Source: Polyangiaceae bacterium
GTDB taxonomy: Bacteria; Myxococcota_A; Polyangia; Polyangiales; Polyangiaceae
Length of the DNA: 64,000 nt
Reading direction: 5' to 3'
Assembly (NCBI GenBank): GCA_050287085.1
Contig: JBNKBE010000003.1
Location: 271,350 to 335,349 of the forward strand
In this document: positions 1 through 9,785 of the stretch, piece after piece
Layout: each line of letters opens with the position of its first letter
How positions within the stretch are numbered: position 1 is the first letter of the stretch
Program-made: the position numbers and the translations under genes
The notes under the pieces: model-generated
The model's input: only the letters and a program-made list of their open reading frames with translations
Told to the model about the DNA's origin: nothing
The model's database searches: none

Positions 1-11
1 CTTGTCGCCGA

Positions 12-1169
12 TTGCCCGCCTGCACGCTGATCTTGAGCTGCCTCCTCGCCCCTCTTGCTTGCACGAAGAAAGAGAGCGACGACAAGACAGCCCCAGCCGC
101 AACGGCTGAGGCGGCGCCGATCTCGTTCATCGTTCAAATCGGCTTCCGGCCCACGCCCAAACAGCAGGAGCACATCGACGCCCTGCTCACGAAGGTGGAC
201 AAGGAAAGCGCTCGCTTCTCGAACAAGGAGCTCAATCGCAGAGCCAATGCACCCTTGTTTACCTATGTCGCCGCGACGAAGACCGACCCCCTCTACGTTC
301 GCGCAGCGCTATCGGCGATGCATGTCGCCTACTCGACTCACTCCAAGCGCAAAGCAACTCCCGACGCTGACTACGAAGCCGTCGTAAAGTACTACCTGAA
401 GAGCGACAATGACGCCATCGTTGCAGCTGCACTGCTTGCGGCCCGCACTGGGATCTCCGGTCAAGACGGCTTGGCGGGGCTGATCGAACCGGTGATCGAT
501 CTCGGCGCACGCTACCCGGACGGGCCCGGTCGCTTCGCCCTTATCCAGACGCTTCAAGCGGTTACGGCCAGCAAGCGTACCGAGCCCCTGATGGCGGTCT
601 ATCGCAACTCGCTTACGAGTGAGCACCCCTACGTCCAGTCGGCAGCGCTGCAAGCCCTCTATCGTTCCACTCGCACAATCAACGAACCGACCAGCGTCAA
701 AGAACAGGCGCTAGCGCTACTTGCACACGCCGACCCCGGAGTGCGAGGACGCGCCGTGGAGTTGTTGGGTGCCATCGGAGGTGATGACAAAAGTGTTATC
801 GCCTCCGTATCAAAGTCTCTAGACGACTCCAGCGGCTTCGTCCGAGCGCAGGCTTGCTCTGCGCTCGCCCGGCTGCGACACAAGCCGGCAATCCACAAGA
901 TGATGGAGATGCTCGCAGATGAGTCAAGCACTCGCCACGATATTCGCGGGTTCAAGCAGCTTGACGGGCGCCCCGGGGTACTGCATCACGACGGAAGCCC
1001 GTGGTCGGTAGTGCTAGATGCAGCCGCGACCAGCATTCGAAGTCTGAGCGGTGGAGAACTACGCTTTGAGCGGGTTCACCCAAAACAGGTCACAGACGGC
1101 CTTCAGCGCAATGTCGCGGCAACGCGCGCCTGGTACAAGACGGCCAAGGCGCGGCTTCCTCTGAAATAG
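12..1169 (+). CDS. HEAT-repeat lipoprotein (frame is open to the left edge, so the start may lie upstream)
   Basis: Lipobox-like LAC at Cys17; HEAT-like motifs 'HPYVQSAALQAL', 'DPGVRGRAVELLG', 'SGFVRAQACSALARL'. Confidence 0.7.
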   Translation: MPACTLILSCLLAPLACTKKESDDKTAPAATAEAAPISFIVQIGFRPTPKQQEHIDALLTKVDKESARFSNKELNRRANAPLFTYVAATKTDPLYVRAALSAMHVAYSTHSKRKATPDADYEAVVKYYLKSDNDAIVAAALLAARTGISGQDGLAGLIEPVIDLGARYPDGPGRFALIQTLQAVTASKRTEPLMAVYRNSLTSEHPYVQSAALQALYRSTRTINEPTSVKEQALALLAHADPGVRGRAVELLGAIGGDDKSVIASVSKSLDDSSGFVRAQACSALARLRHKPAIHKMMEMLADESSTRHDIRGFKQLDGRPGVLHHDGSPWSVVLDAAATSIRSLSGGELRFERVHPKQVTDGLQRNVAATRAWYKTAKARLPLK

Positions 1170-1182
1170 CAGCGCTCGGCGA

Positions 1183-2214
1183 CTACTTCTTCGCGTGGAG
1201 ACCGCACTCACGCGCGGTCTCTTCTTCCCACCACCAGCGACCGGCCCGCTCATGCTCGCCGGGCCTTGGCGGACGGGTGCAGGGGGCACAGCCGATGGAC
1301 ACGAAGCCCCGCTCATGCAGCGTATTCGACGGCACATCGTTGTCGCGAATGTACTGCCAAACCCGCGCGCTTGACCAATGCGCCAGTGGATTGAGCTTCA
1401 GCAGCCCGCCACGGCGCCCCTGGAATAGGGGATCCAACTGCACAAGCGGCAGCGCCTTGCGCGTCATGCTCTGATCGTGCCGTTGCCCCGTGACCTGGGC
1501 ATCAAATCGACTCAGAGCCCGCCGCAGCGGCGCCACCTTGCGAATCGCGCAGCACTGCTGATGACCATCGTCGTAGAAGCTGAATAGGCCCTTGTTGCGT
1601 ACAAATGGGACGAGCTCGGCTGGATCGGGCGTCAAGACCTCTATCACCACGCCGTAGTGCTTCCGCACGCGCTCGATGAACTCGAGTGTTTCCTCGTGCA
1701 GCCGTCCCGTATCCAGTGTGAAGACCGAAAATGGGAGACCGCTGCGACTTGCCATGTCGATCAACACAACATCTTCGGCACCGCTGAACGAAATGGCACA
1801 GCGTTCACCGAATACGGCGAGAGCCGTGGATAGGATCTGCCCTGGCGGAGTGTCATCGACGAAGGCAAAGCGTTCGTCACTCAGGGCAGCTTCGGGGGCA
1901 AGCACGTCATCCGTCCCCGACGTGCTCGCCTGGGACGAAACAGCGGCGGACGCCTGCAAGTGCTTTGCGAACAGCGGCGTACTCGTAAACACCTGCACGT
2001 TACCGTCTTGCTCGTCCATGAAGAACGGCGCCAACGCGACGTCGTGTTGCCTAGCCAGGCGCATCCCTTCGGAATCGGGATCGTCCTCCACCGCCGTCAC
2101 CACGCGGTCTATGCGTTCCCACAAGCCGCGACGCCTCAGCATATCCTCAGCCTGCTCGCACTTCTTGCAGGGGTTGCCGCCGGAAAGCAGCTTCTTCACC
2201 ATCGTGGTCGTCAT
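1183..2214 (-). CDS. cysH: Adenosine-5'-phosphosulfate (APS) reductase, [4Fe-4S] type, with N-terminal CxxC thioredoxin/glutaredoxin-like domain
   Basis: SFSGAEDVV, LDTGRLH, CC..RKV, SIGCAPCT, C-terminal ECGLH; extra ~90 aa N-terminus with PCKKC. Confidence 0.92.
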   Translation of the reverse strand: MTTTMVKKLLSGGNPCKKCEQAEDMLRRRGLWERIDRVVTAVEDDPDSEGMRLARQHDVALAPFFMDEQDGNVQVFTSTPLFAKHLQASAAVSSQASTSGTDDVLAPEAALSDERFAFVDDTPPGQILSTALAVFGERCAISFSGAEDVVLIDMASRSGLPFSVFTLDTGRLHEETLEFIERVRKHYGVVIEVLTPDPAELVPFVRNKGLFSFYDDGHQQCCAIRKVAPLRRALSRFDAQVTGQRHDQSMTRKALPLVQLDPLFQGRRGGLLKLNPLAHWSSARVWQYIRDNDVPSNTLHERGFVSIGCAPCTRPPRPGEHERAGRWWWEEETARECGLHAKK

Positions 2215-2369
2215 GATCAGCTCCGGTTCATAGGGCGCACGACGAAGCGCTGCAACCGAACCCCATTCGACCTTGGGTGGGCGTTCGGTTGTCCTCCGTG
2301 GACGGCGGATTTCGTGCGCTGCTCGGCCTGTGCGAAGGGCTCTCCGCCCCGTCCGCGCGCGCTACGAAG

Positions 2370-2906
2370 CTAGCCCCACCAGCCCACGCGTACGCGGTCG
2401 GCAACGCGCAGCGCCCCCAGCAGCGCCCGATACGGTACAATACCGAAACGGCTCGGCGCGAATTCGCATACGATGGCCCCCGAACTCAGGCACTCAGCCC
2501 GGACGGCTTCAGTCCGTCCGTGAAACGTCAAGGCGCCTTCGACCCCGCCACTTGCGAGCTGACCCCGAAACTCGGCCCGCGGATAGCACTCAACCTCTAG
2601 CACGCGCCCCAAGGCTGTCGCTTCAACCTCCCGAATGTCCTTCGGCTTGAGCCCGGTCGGATCAAGCTTTCGGGCCGCCCCAACACCAAGATAGCGCAAG
2701 GTCCCGAGCTCGATGGTGGCTCGAAGCACGGCGCGCTCCGGCATCGACGCAAGCACCCTATCGCCTGTCGAATTGTCAGGCACAACAATCGACTCTCCCC
2801 CAGGAGACTCCAGCTCAACCGCAGCATCTAGACCAAAAACGAGATCGTGGCCGAGGCGTGACAGAGCCCCCCCAGCGTACGTTTCGACGCGAAGCTCGAT
2901 TCTCAT
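2370..2906 (-). CDS. YceI-family protein
   Basis: 'LSRLGHDL', 'GALTFHGRT', 'PSRFGIVPYRALLGALRVADRV' are typical of the YceI-like subfamily; overlaps rdgB by 4 nt. Confidence 0.7.
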   Translation of the reverse strand: MRIELRVETYAGGALSRLGHDLVFGLDAAVELESPGGESIVVPDNSTGDRVLASMPERAVLRATIELGTLRYLGVGAARKLDPTGLKPKDIREVEATALGRVLEVECYPRAEFRGQLASGGVEGALTFHGRTEAVRAECLSSGAIVCEFAPSRFGIVPYRALLGALRVADRVRVGWWG

Positions 2907-3505
2907 GGCTGTGACAGGTATTGCACCATCCGACGGAGCGCCTGCCCTCGATGAGAGCGAGCATGCTTCTGTTCGGAACTGAGTTGCGCAGACGTAAGCC
3001 CCAGCTCGGGCAGCAACAACAAAGGATCATAGCCAAACCCGTTGTCACCTTTCGGCTCAAACGCGATTTGGCCCTCGAAGCAGCCCTCCGTCTCGAACAC
3101 CACGCTGCCGTCCGGACGACACAGACACATGGCACAAACGAAGCGTGCGCCCCGCTCCTCTGCGACCACTTCTGCGAGCTCACGCAGCAGCTTCTCATTG
3201 TTGGCAGCGTCTCGCTCTTCCCGAGAGCTACCCGTCCCTGCATAACGCGCCGACAGGACCCCCGGAGCTCCCCCCAACGCGTCGACGACAAGCCCCGAGT
3301 CGTCGGCGAGACAGTCGACACCCGTCATCCGAGCGTAGGCACGGGCTTTCAAGCGAGCATTGTCCGCAAACGTCATTCCGTCTTCGTCGGGCTCGACAAA
3401 GCTCCCAAGATCGCTGAGCGAGCTGACCCGATAGCCCAGCGGTTCCAACATCTCGCGAATCTCCCGCACCTTGTGCGGATTTTGGGTTGCGATCAGCAGC
3501 TTCAT
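2903..3505 (-). CDS. rdgB: dITP/XTP pyrophosphatase (RdgB/HAM1)
   Basis: ATQNPHK, ADDSGL, GAPGVLSARY, GFGYDP, SHRGQA. Confidence 0.96.
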   Translation of the reverse strand: MKLLIATQNPHKVREIREMLEPLGYRVSSLSDLGSFVEPDEDGMTFADNARLKARAYARMTGVDCLADDSGLVVDALGGAPGVLSARYAGTGSSREERDAANNEKLLRELAEVVAEERGARFVCAMCLCRPDGSVVFETEGCFEGQIAFEPKGDNGFGYDPLLLLPELGLTSAQLSSEQKHARSHRGQALRRMVQYLSQP

Positions 3506-4746
3506 TGGGCGTCGTTCCCATTGCGGTCGCGCTCATAGGTACTGAGCAGCTCATCAATGCGGGCAAATACACGTCGAATGTCTTTCGCCTCAGGCAGAAA
3601 GGTCGTCCTGAAATGATCACGATAGTCGACGTTGAAGCTCGAGCCAGGCACGACCAAAATGTGCTTCTTCTCGAGCAGATCCAGCGCGAACGCTTGGTCG
3701 TCGATCGGACCCAGGCGCTCGCTATTGATTCGCACAAAGCCGTACAAAGAGCCCGCCGGCTCAACCAGACTCATATACTCGCTGTTGGCCACCGCTTCCA
3801 CCAGGGCAGCCCTCGACTCGTATAGGCGTCCACCTGGAGCCGTCAGTTCGGATATGCTCTGATAGCCGCCAAGTGCTGTCTGAACTGCCCATTGCCCCGG
3901 CACGTTGGCACACAAGCGTAAGCTTGCCAGTAGCTCGATGGCGGCGAGATAGTCGCGCGCGTGTTCCTTATGGCCGGAGAAGCTAACCCAGCCCACGCGA
4001 ATACCACACGCCCGGTACACTTTGCTCAGCCCAGCGAATGTTCCGCACAAGGTCTTCGGTTTGAGCGTAGCCAGTGGAACGTGAACTCGTCCGTCGTATA
4101 GTATTTCGTCGTAGATCTCGTCGGACAAGAGCACCAGCCCGTGCCGCTCGGCAAGCGCCACCAGGCCGCGCAACAAGGACTCGGGGTAGACAGCGCCGGT
4201 GGGGTTATTGGGGTTGATGATGACGAGAACCCGCGTCTTCGAGGTGATCAAGCGCTCCACGTCCTCGACGCGCGGCAAAAAGTCGTTCTCGGGTCGACAC
4301 GGATAGTGAACAGCCTTGGCTCCGTGAATGACAACAGACGCCGTCCACAACGGATAGTCCGGAGCTGGAACGAGCACCTCGTCGCCCGGATTGACCAGCG
4401 CGCGCATGCACATCATGATCAGCTCGCTAACGCCGTTTCCGATGAACACGTCTTCGGCGGTCACATCCATCACGCCTCGCTCCTGCTGCTGCATTACGAC
4501 AGCCTCGCGGGCGGGAAAGATCCCTTTCTGATGACAATACGCGTCCGCCTGCTCGAGATTCTCGATCATCGCCACGCGCATGGTGTCCGGCATTCGGAAC
4601 CCGAAGGCACCGGGGTTGCCGATGTTCAAGCGCATTATGTCGTAGCCAGCCTGCTGCAGCTGGTGGGCCCGCTGTGCGAGCGGTCCGCGGATCTCGTAGC
4701 GCACCTCTGCCAGATGTTCGCTGGCGCGCAGGGGAGGCAATCTCAT
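3502..4746 (-). CDS. alaA: PLP-dependent alanine (glutamate-pyruvate) aminotransferase, class I
   Basis: YEIRGP, LNIGNP, GNGVSELI, PDYPLWTA, NPNNPTG, SDEIYD, GLSK; ATG at 4746 preferred over 4773. Confidence 0.9.
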   Translation of the reverse strand: MRLPPLRASEHLAEVRYEIRGPLAQRAHQLQQAGYDIMRLNIGNPGAFGFRMPDTMRVAMIENLEQADAYCHQKGIFPAREAVVMQQQERGVMDVTAEDVFIGNGVSELIMMCMRALVNPGDEVLVPAPDYPLWTASVVIHGAKAVHYPCRPENDFLPRVEDVERLITSKTRVLVIINPNNPTGAVYPESLLRGLVALAERHGLVLLSDEIYDEILYDGRVHVPLATLKPKTLCGTFAGLSKVYRACGIRVGWVSFSGHKEHARDYLAAIELLASLRLCANVPGQWAVQTALGGYQSISELTAPGGRLYESRAALVEAVANSEYMSLVEPAGSLYGFVRINSERLGPIDDQAFALDLLEKKHILVVPGSSFNVDYRDHFRTTFLPEAKDIRRVFARIDELLSTYERDRNGNDAQ

Positions 4747-4816
4747 GGTCGGGCTGAAATAGCGCAGCCACAAGGATTGCGCCAGAGCCGCCGGGCTTCA
4801 TGCGCTCGAAGGGCTG

Positions 4817-5689
4817 TCAGCTCGTCACCTGTTCAACAATCCGCTTGGCGCGCTCGAACAGCTTGGTGCGAGCGCTAGGGCCGAACGCAAAGTACTCGAG
4901 GGCCGCCTGGGCTGGGCGCTCATCGAGCGGTCCAAGTCCCGGCGCGCCCGACGTCGTTGCCAGCCAATCAGCCAGTGCCACCAGCGCCGCCAACGGACTG
5001 ACACGTCCGTCTACCCAGATGTTGTGATGGTGTCCTATCACCCATTGAACCCCCCACGGCAGAGACCACTTGATGCCCATGATCCCAGACGCTTCTTCGT
5101 GAATGGAGTCGATCGCGGCCGTGAGCTCGGGGGTTTCTCGAGGGCGCTCCCCTTTGGGCCAGCCCGCCGCGATGGCAAAACAGCCGGCCACGCCCACATC
5201 GTGCAGTAGCCCGCAGATGAAGGCTCGTTCGCCCGGACGCTTCAACATGCGGCTCACTCCCCGCGCGATGTGCCCAGTGGCTGTCATGTGACGACGCAGC
5301 TGCTCCAAGGAGCGCTGATAGTTGCTGCCCGTCAGCGCTGCCGCTCGAAGGGCCGTCTCCATGAAGATGCCGCTAACTCGTTGAACTCCCAGACGCACCA
5401 AAGCCTCGTCGAGCGACTCGACCGGATTGCCTCGCGAATAGAACGGCGAATTGGCGGTCTTCAACAAACTTACCGCCAATGCTGGCTCGCGCTCGATAAC
5501 CTCACGCACCCGGCCTAGGGGCACCTCTGGATCGCGAGCGAGATCTAACAACTCGAGCGCTGTCGTCGCCAGCACCACCGGTTGGAATGAATCCGACAAC
5601 AAGGTCTGGCGTAGCTTCGCGGTGAGGCGTGCCTGCTCCGAAGATGGCGTGGCACCTTCTGCCAAGGCTTGGCTGGGGGACTGGCCCAT
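4817..5689 (-). CDS. HDOD-domain signalling protein
   Basis: 'EPALAVSLLKTANSPFY', 'ALVRLG', 'GLLHDVG', 'W.LP...VIGHHH'. Confidence 0.88.
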   Translation of the reverse strand: MGQSPSQALAEGATPSSEQARLTAKLRQTLLSDSFQPVVLATTALELLDLARDPEVPLGRVREVIEREPALAVSLLKTANSPFYSRGNPVESLDEALVRLGVQRVSGIFMETALRAAALTGSNYQRSLEQLRRHMTATGHIARGVSRMLKRPGERAFICGLLHDVGVAGCFAIAAGWPKGERPRETPELTAAIDSIHEEASGIMGIKWSLPWGVQWVIGHHHNIWVDGRVSPLAALVALADWLATTSGAPGLGPLDERPAQAALEYFAFGPSARTKLFERAKRIVEQVTS

Positions 5690-5765
5690 GAGTCCCAAAA
5701 CGGCCACTTTTCGGGAAACTGAGCCGCAAAAAAGTTGGCCCTCGGGCCGAGTGCCGCGATGGCAC

Positions 5766-7211
5766 CTACGTCCAGCGCAGTCCGCGCCACACGTCTCGGT
5801 GCAGCAAGGCCAGTACCGTCACCATTTCGAGGCGTCCCACCCACATCGCCGCAGCAAGCACACACTTTGCCTCAGCGCTGAAGTCCGCGAAATTTCCCAT
5901 CGGTCCGGCCGGGCCAAACCCGGGCCCCACGTTGCCCAAACACGCTAACGCGGCGGAGAAGCCGAGTACGAAGTCCGAACCAGTCAGGACCAACGCGGCC
6001 CCGAGCACCAAGTGACCCATCATGTAGAGCCCGACGAGTGTGAACACCGAGCGCATGATGTCGTCATCTACTACCCGCCCCTTGTGGCGCACCACAAGCA
6101 CAGCACGGGGGTGCAACGTGCGTTTCAGCTCGCGACCAAAGTGTTTGAGTAGCAGCAGCAGGCGAATCACCTTTGGGCCACCGGCAGCGGAGCCAGCACA
6201 TCCCCCCACCAGCATGGCCAAGACCAAGAGTACACGCGCCGCGTCGCTCCAAAGATTGTAGTCCGTGCTGGCGAACCCGGTGCTCGATATCAGGCTGGCC
6301 ACCTGAAACAGCGAAGTGCGCAGGCCATCGAGCAGCGATTGGTCTGGAATCACCAGCAATAGGCCACCCGATATGGCTGCGGTCACAAGCACATAGAGCA
6401 AGAACTCTCCGTCCAATAGCAACACCCTAGGAGCACCGGAAAACGCGCGGTACTGGAGCGAAAAACTTGCGCCTGCGAGCAGCATGAAAGGCGAAAGCAC
6501 CCACTCGGCGGCCGGGTTGTGATAGCCAGCAATCGATTCCGGGTTTGGCGAGAACCCACCGGCCGACATGGTCGTCAGGGCGTGCGTCAATCCCTGGTAC
6601 CAATCAAAGCCCGCAACAGCCCCAAGCAGGGCCCAGAGTGTCAACGTCAGGCCAATGTAGGTAACCCACAAGCGCTCCGCACTCTTGCGCACCTGGGGAC
6701 TGAGAGCCTCCGACGGAGCCCCCGACGCTTCGGCGAAGAAGAGCTGACGACCCGCAATACCCAGTCTGGGCAACACGACGACAAACAGCGCGATCACTCC
6801 GAGGCCCCCGAACCACTGGGTCATGGCACGCCACAGGAAGAACGCTCGATCGTAGCGGCCAAAATCGCGCAGCACCGTGGCCCCAGTTGTGGTGAAGCCA
6901 GACATCGACTCAAAAAAAGCGTCGACGAAACTCAGGCCGTAGAAGACGTAAGGCACCGCCCCGAGGGCCGCGACCGACAACCACGTGAGAGCCACCACGG
7001 CCACCGCCTCCGCCCGCACGAACGACGCGTGATGCACCACTCGTCGAGACAGAAACCACGCGAGCAAGAAGGTCGCGAGGGCTGAGATCGAAAACTGCAA
7101 CGCCGAGGCGGTCTGACCGTCGCTCAGCGCAAGCGCCGCCGGAGCTAGAAAAGCCAAACAGAACGGACGCAAGACGTGTCCGATGACGCCGAATACCAGC
7201 CACAACCTCAT
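5766..7211 (-). CDS. trkH: Trk potassium uptake membrane subunit
   Basis: FESMSGFTTTG, SAGGFS, SSTGF, GGCAGSAAGG, LGNVGPG filter motifs; MWVGRLE. Confidence 0.95.
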   Translation of the reverse strand: MRLWLVFGVIGHVLRPFCLAFLAPAALALSDGQTASALQFSISALATFLLAWFLSRRVVHHASFVRAEAVAVVALTWLSVAALGAVPYVFYGLSFVDAFFESMSGFTTTGATVLRDFGRYDRAFFLWRAMTQWFGGLGVIALFVVVLPRLGIAGRQLFFAEASGAPSEALSPQVRKSAERLWVTYIGLTLTLWALLGAVAGFDWYQGLTHALTTMSAGGFSPNPESIAGYHNPAAEWVLSPFMLLAGASFSLQYRAFSGAPRVLLLDGEFLLYVLVTAAISGGLLLVIPDQSLLDGLRTSLFQVASLISSTGFASTDYNLWSDAARVLLVLAMLVGGCAGSAAGGPKVIRLLLLLKHFGRELKRTLHPRAVLVVRHKGRVVDDDIMRSVFTLVGLYMMGHLVLGAALVLTGSDFVLGFSAALACLGNVGPGFGPAGPMGNFADFSAEAKCVLAAAMWVGRLEMVTVLALLHRDVWRGLRWT

Positions 7212-8575
7212 ACCGGCTCCGCCGTTCCGCGGTACTCGAGGAAGAACGCGTGAGCCTGTTCTTCATCGACCGTGCGGCAGAACACCAACAATTGATCGCC
7301 CGGACGCAATTCGTCATTGCCCCCCGGAATGATCACGCGACGTCCCCGCGTGATCGCGCCCACGATAGCGTGCTCGGGCGGCGCCAGTCGGCTCAATTGC
7401 GTCGGGGGAAATGCGTCAGGAAGCTGAACTTCGATCACGCACGTGCTGCCATGTTCCAGTTCCGCCCGGATCTCAGCGTGGTCTTGGTCCAGTTGCAGCA
7501 CCACCGAGCGGATAGCGGCTCCTCCCTTCGAAAGAACGACGTCGACACCGACCCTTTCGAACATGCGCTCGTTGGAAATGCGGTCAGCACGCGTAATGAT
7601 GCGTCGAACGCCGAGCGACTTGGCCAGCAATGAGACGAGCAGATTCTTCTCGTCGTTGTTCGTCACACACACCACCGCCGCCGCATCGGCGATTTGCTCC
7701 TGTTCCAGTAGCTCCAAATCGGCACCGTCACCGTGCAGTACCATCGACTTGACTCGACGCGCCGCAAGTTCGCAGCGCGTCTTGTCTACCTCGATCAGCT
7801 TGACGTTGTAGCGAGCTCGCTCGAGCGCGCTGGCTATGGAGACCCCCACGCGCCCCGCACCAATGACCACCACATCCCGCCCCGAGCGACTCTGTTCCGG
7901 CGCCAAGAGCCCGACGAACTCGCGCAAAGCCGCTGGCTCGCCCATCGCCAGCACGTGATCGCCCTCGCGCAAACGCGTGTTGCCCTTGGGCACGATCATC
8001 TCGTCCCCGCGTCTGACGTTCACCATGTTCATGGCTTTGGGCAGCCCGAGACTGCGGAGCGGAGCCTGCGCCGCTGGCGCACCTCGCTCGACGCGATAAC
8101 GCAGCAAGGCAACGCGCCCCTCAGCGAATACACGGACATCGAGAGCTCCGGGCACGGTGATGATGCGCACGATTTCTTGCGCGAGCTGTTCACCCGGACG
8201 CACCACCACGTGGATGCCCAACGAGTCAGCCAAATCTTCCTCGTCGTCTGCGGTACTCAAGAAGCCTGGACGGGTTAGTACGCAAATGGTTCGCTTCGCG
8301 CCGAGCTTCTGCGCGACCAAACAGGCCACGATGTTCTGCTCGTCGCTCGACGTACAAGCGATGAACACGTCGGCATGCTCTACGCGTCCCGCCTTCAGGG
8401 CATCGGCGCTGGTTGCGCGGCCGCGAACGGTTTCGATGTCGAGCTGCTCAAAACCGCTCTGTCCTCCCGAGTCCTCGCGAATGGAAACGACCTGATGCCT
8501 GGTCATCAACTCCTGCGCGAGGCGAAAGGCCGTCACGCTAGCGCCTACGATCAGCACATTCATTACCGTACTCAT
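7208..8575 (-). CDS. trkA: Trk potassium uptake NAD-binding subunit (two RCK_N/RCK_C pairs)
   Basis: Duplicated RCK architecture, IGAGRVG, TSSDEQN and TNNDEKN motifs; 4-nt overlap with trkH; start 8575 or 8563. Confidence 0.92.
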   Translation of the reverse strand: MSTVMNVLIVGASVTAFRLAQELMTRHQVVSIREDSGGQSGFEQLDIETVRGRATSADALKAGRVEHADVFIACTSSDEQNIVACLVAQKLGAKRTICVLTRPGFLSTADDEEDLADSLGIHVVVRPGEQLAQEIVRIITVPGALDVRVFAEGRVALLRYRVERGAPAAQAPLRSLGLPKAMNMVNVRRGDEMIVPKGNTRLREGDHVLAMGEPAALREFVGLLAPEQSRSGRDVVVIGAGRVGVSIASALERARYNVKLIEVDKTRCELAARRVKSMVLHGDGADLELLEQEQIADAAAVVCVTNNDEKNLLVSLLAKSLGVRRIITRADRISNERMFERVGVDVVLSKGGAAIRSVVLQLDQDHAEIRAELEHGSTCVIEVQLPDAFPPTQLSRLAPPEHAIVGAITRGRRVIIPGGNDELRPGDQLLVFCRTVDEEQAHAFFLEYRGTAEPV

Positions 8576-8787
8576 CGCACAGATAAGGCACCCAACGGAA
8601 GCCCCCGACAGCTGCACGGTGAGGCCTTGGCGCCCATCAGGCCACCTTCAACGCGAGCCCCTATCGAAGCCCAGGGTTTCCGCGACAGCCAGACGCTCTG
8701 AACACTTGGCTCGGAGGCCCGCCGGACGGCATGCACGACCGGACGCATACACAAGCGGACGCCTGCAGGTCGTGGGAAGTCTGAAGC

Positions 8788-9747
8788 CTAGCCGCTCCGC
8801 TTGCGGCGCCGTCCCAACGCGATAACGAGCACCGCGGCACATAGACCGGAGCCGCGCACATTCGGCGCAGCAACACGGCACGCGCAGCTCGAACTCCGCC
8901 GCGGCGGCACACGCTCAGCCAGTTCCCCCGCCGACGCTCCGCCCGCCGACGCTCCGCCGGGCAGAGCATCGGCGGTGTGGGGAGTTGAAAGCGCAGTCTC
9001 AAAAGGCAGTTCCACCTCAAATACCCGCGGCCAAAGCTTACCGGTCAGCAGATAGCGCTCGCCTTCAATATGCGCGATGCCGTTGAGGACGTCGGCGCTC
9101 TGAACCTCGGCGGGTGTGAGCAAACCACTGGCGTCGACATCGACGAGGACCCGTCCGGACGTGGGCTCGATAAGCAGAATATGATCCGTCTGCCAAACGT
9201 TGGCGAGAACACGCCCATCGACGCATTCGAGCTCATTCAGTTGGTTGACTGGATTGCCGTCCAAAGTGACCGAAACCGTACCTTGGAGCTCAAAGGTCGT
9301 GGCATCGCGACGCTGCAACTTGTCGCTGCCGTCGCTCATCCACAGGGCCTGCCCGTCGAAACACAGTCCCCAACCTTCACCGCTGTAACTGTAGTCGGCA
9401 ATCGGCTCGAAGGTGTCCAGAGCGTATTCGTGCGCAACGCCGTTGCGCCACGTCAACTGGATCAAGCGATCACCAACCAACGCGAGGCCTTCCCCAAACT
9501 CGCGCCCCTCCAAAGCCCGTTTAGCTTGCACCTCGCCACTGGCCAGCGCGACCCTCCGCAAAGAGGAACGGCCCAGCAAGCCGGTGCTCTCGAACAACAG
9601 CCCGTCGTGGAGCAGGAGCCCTTGGGTGAATGCGTATGGATCGTGAGGATAGCGCTCAATCACACGCGGCTCGACCACGGGCACGGCTTCGGCCGTCTTG
9701 GAGCCGAACGCTGCGGCCACAACTGCCGCAAGAACGAGGCCCCGCAT
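8788..9747 (-). CDS. Glutaminyl-peptide cyclotransferase (beta-propeller type) with C-terminal MYXO-CTERM-like anchor
   Basis: YPHDPYAFTQGL, ESTG, FGEGL, QLTW, EGWGL, SDGS, LNELE, ANVWQ, DVLNGIA, TGKLWP; signal peptide; tail SSSCAC-hydrophobic-RRRKR. Confidence 0.92.
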   Translation of the reverse strand: MRGLVLAAVVAAAFGSKTAEAVPVVEPRVIERYPHDPYAFTQGLLLHDGLLFESTGLLGRSSLRRVALASGEVQAKRALEGREFGEGLALVGDRLIQLTWRNGVAHEYALDTFEPIADYSYSGEGWGLCFDGQALWMSDGSDKLQRRDATTFELQGTVSVTLDGNPVNQLNELECVDGRVLANVWQTDHILLIEPTSGRVLVDVDASGLLTPAEVQSADVLNGIAHIEGERYLLTGKLWPRVFEVELPFETALSTPHTADALPGGASAGGASAGELAERVPPRRSSSCACRVAAPNVRGSGLCAAVLVIALGRRRKRSG

Positions 9748-9785
9748 CAGCCGGGCTCCACGATAGATGTTACGCCACCTAGTAC

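Noticed and set aside
8576..8787. Possible c-di-AMP (ydaO) riboswitch ahead of trkA ('cccgacagct')
   Set aside because: The fragment is on the wrong strand and the other conserved blocks are missing
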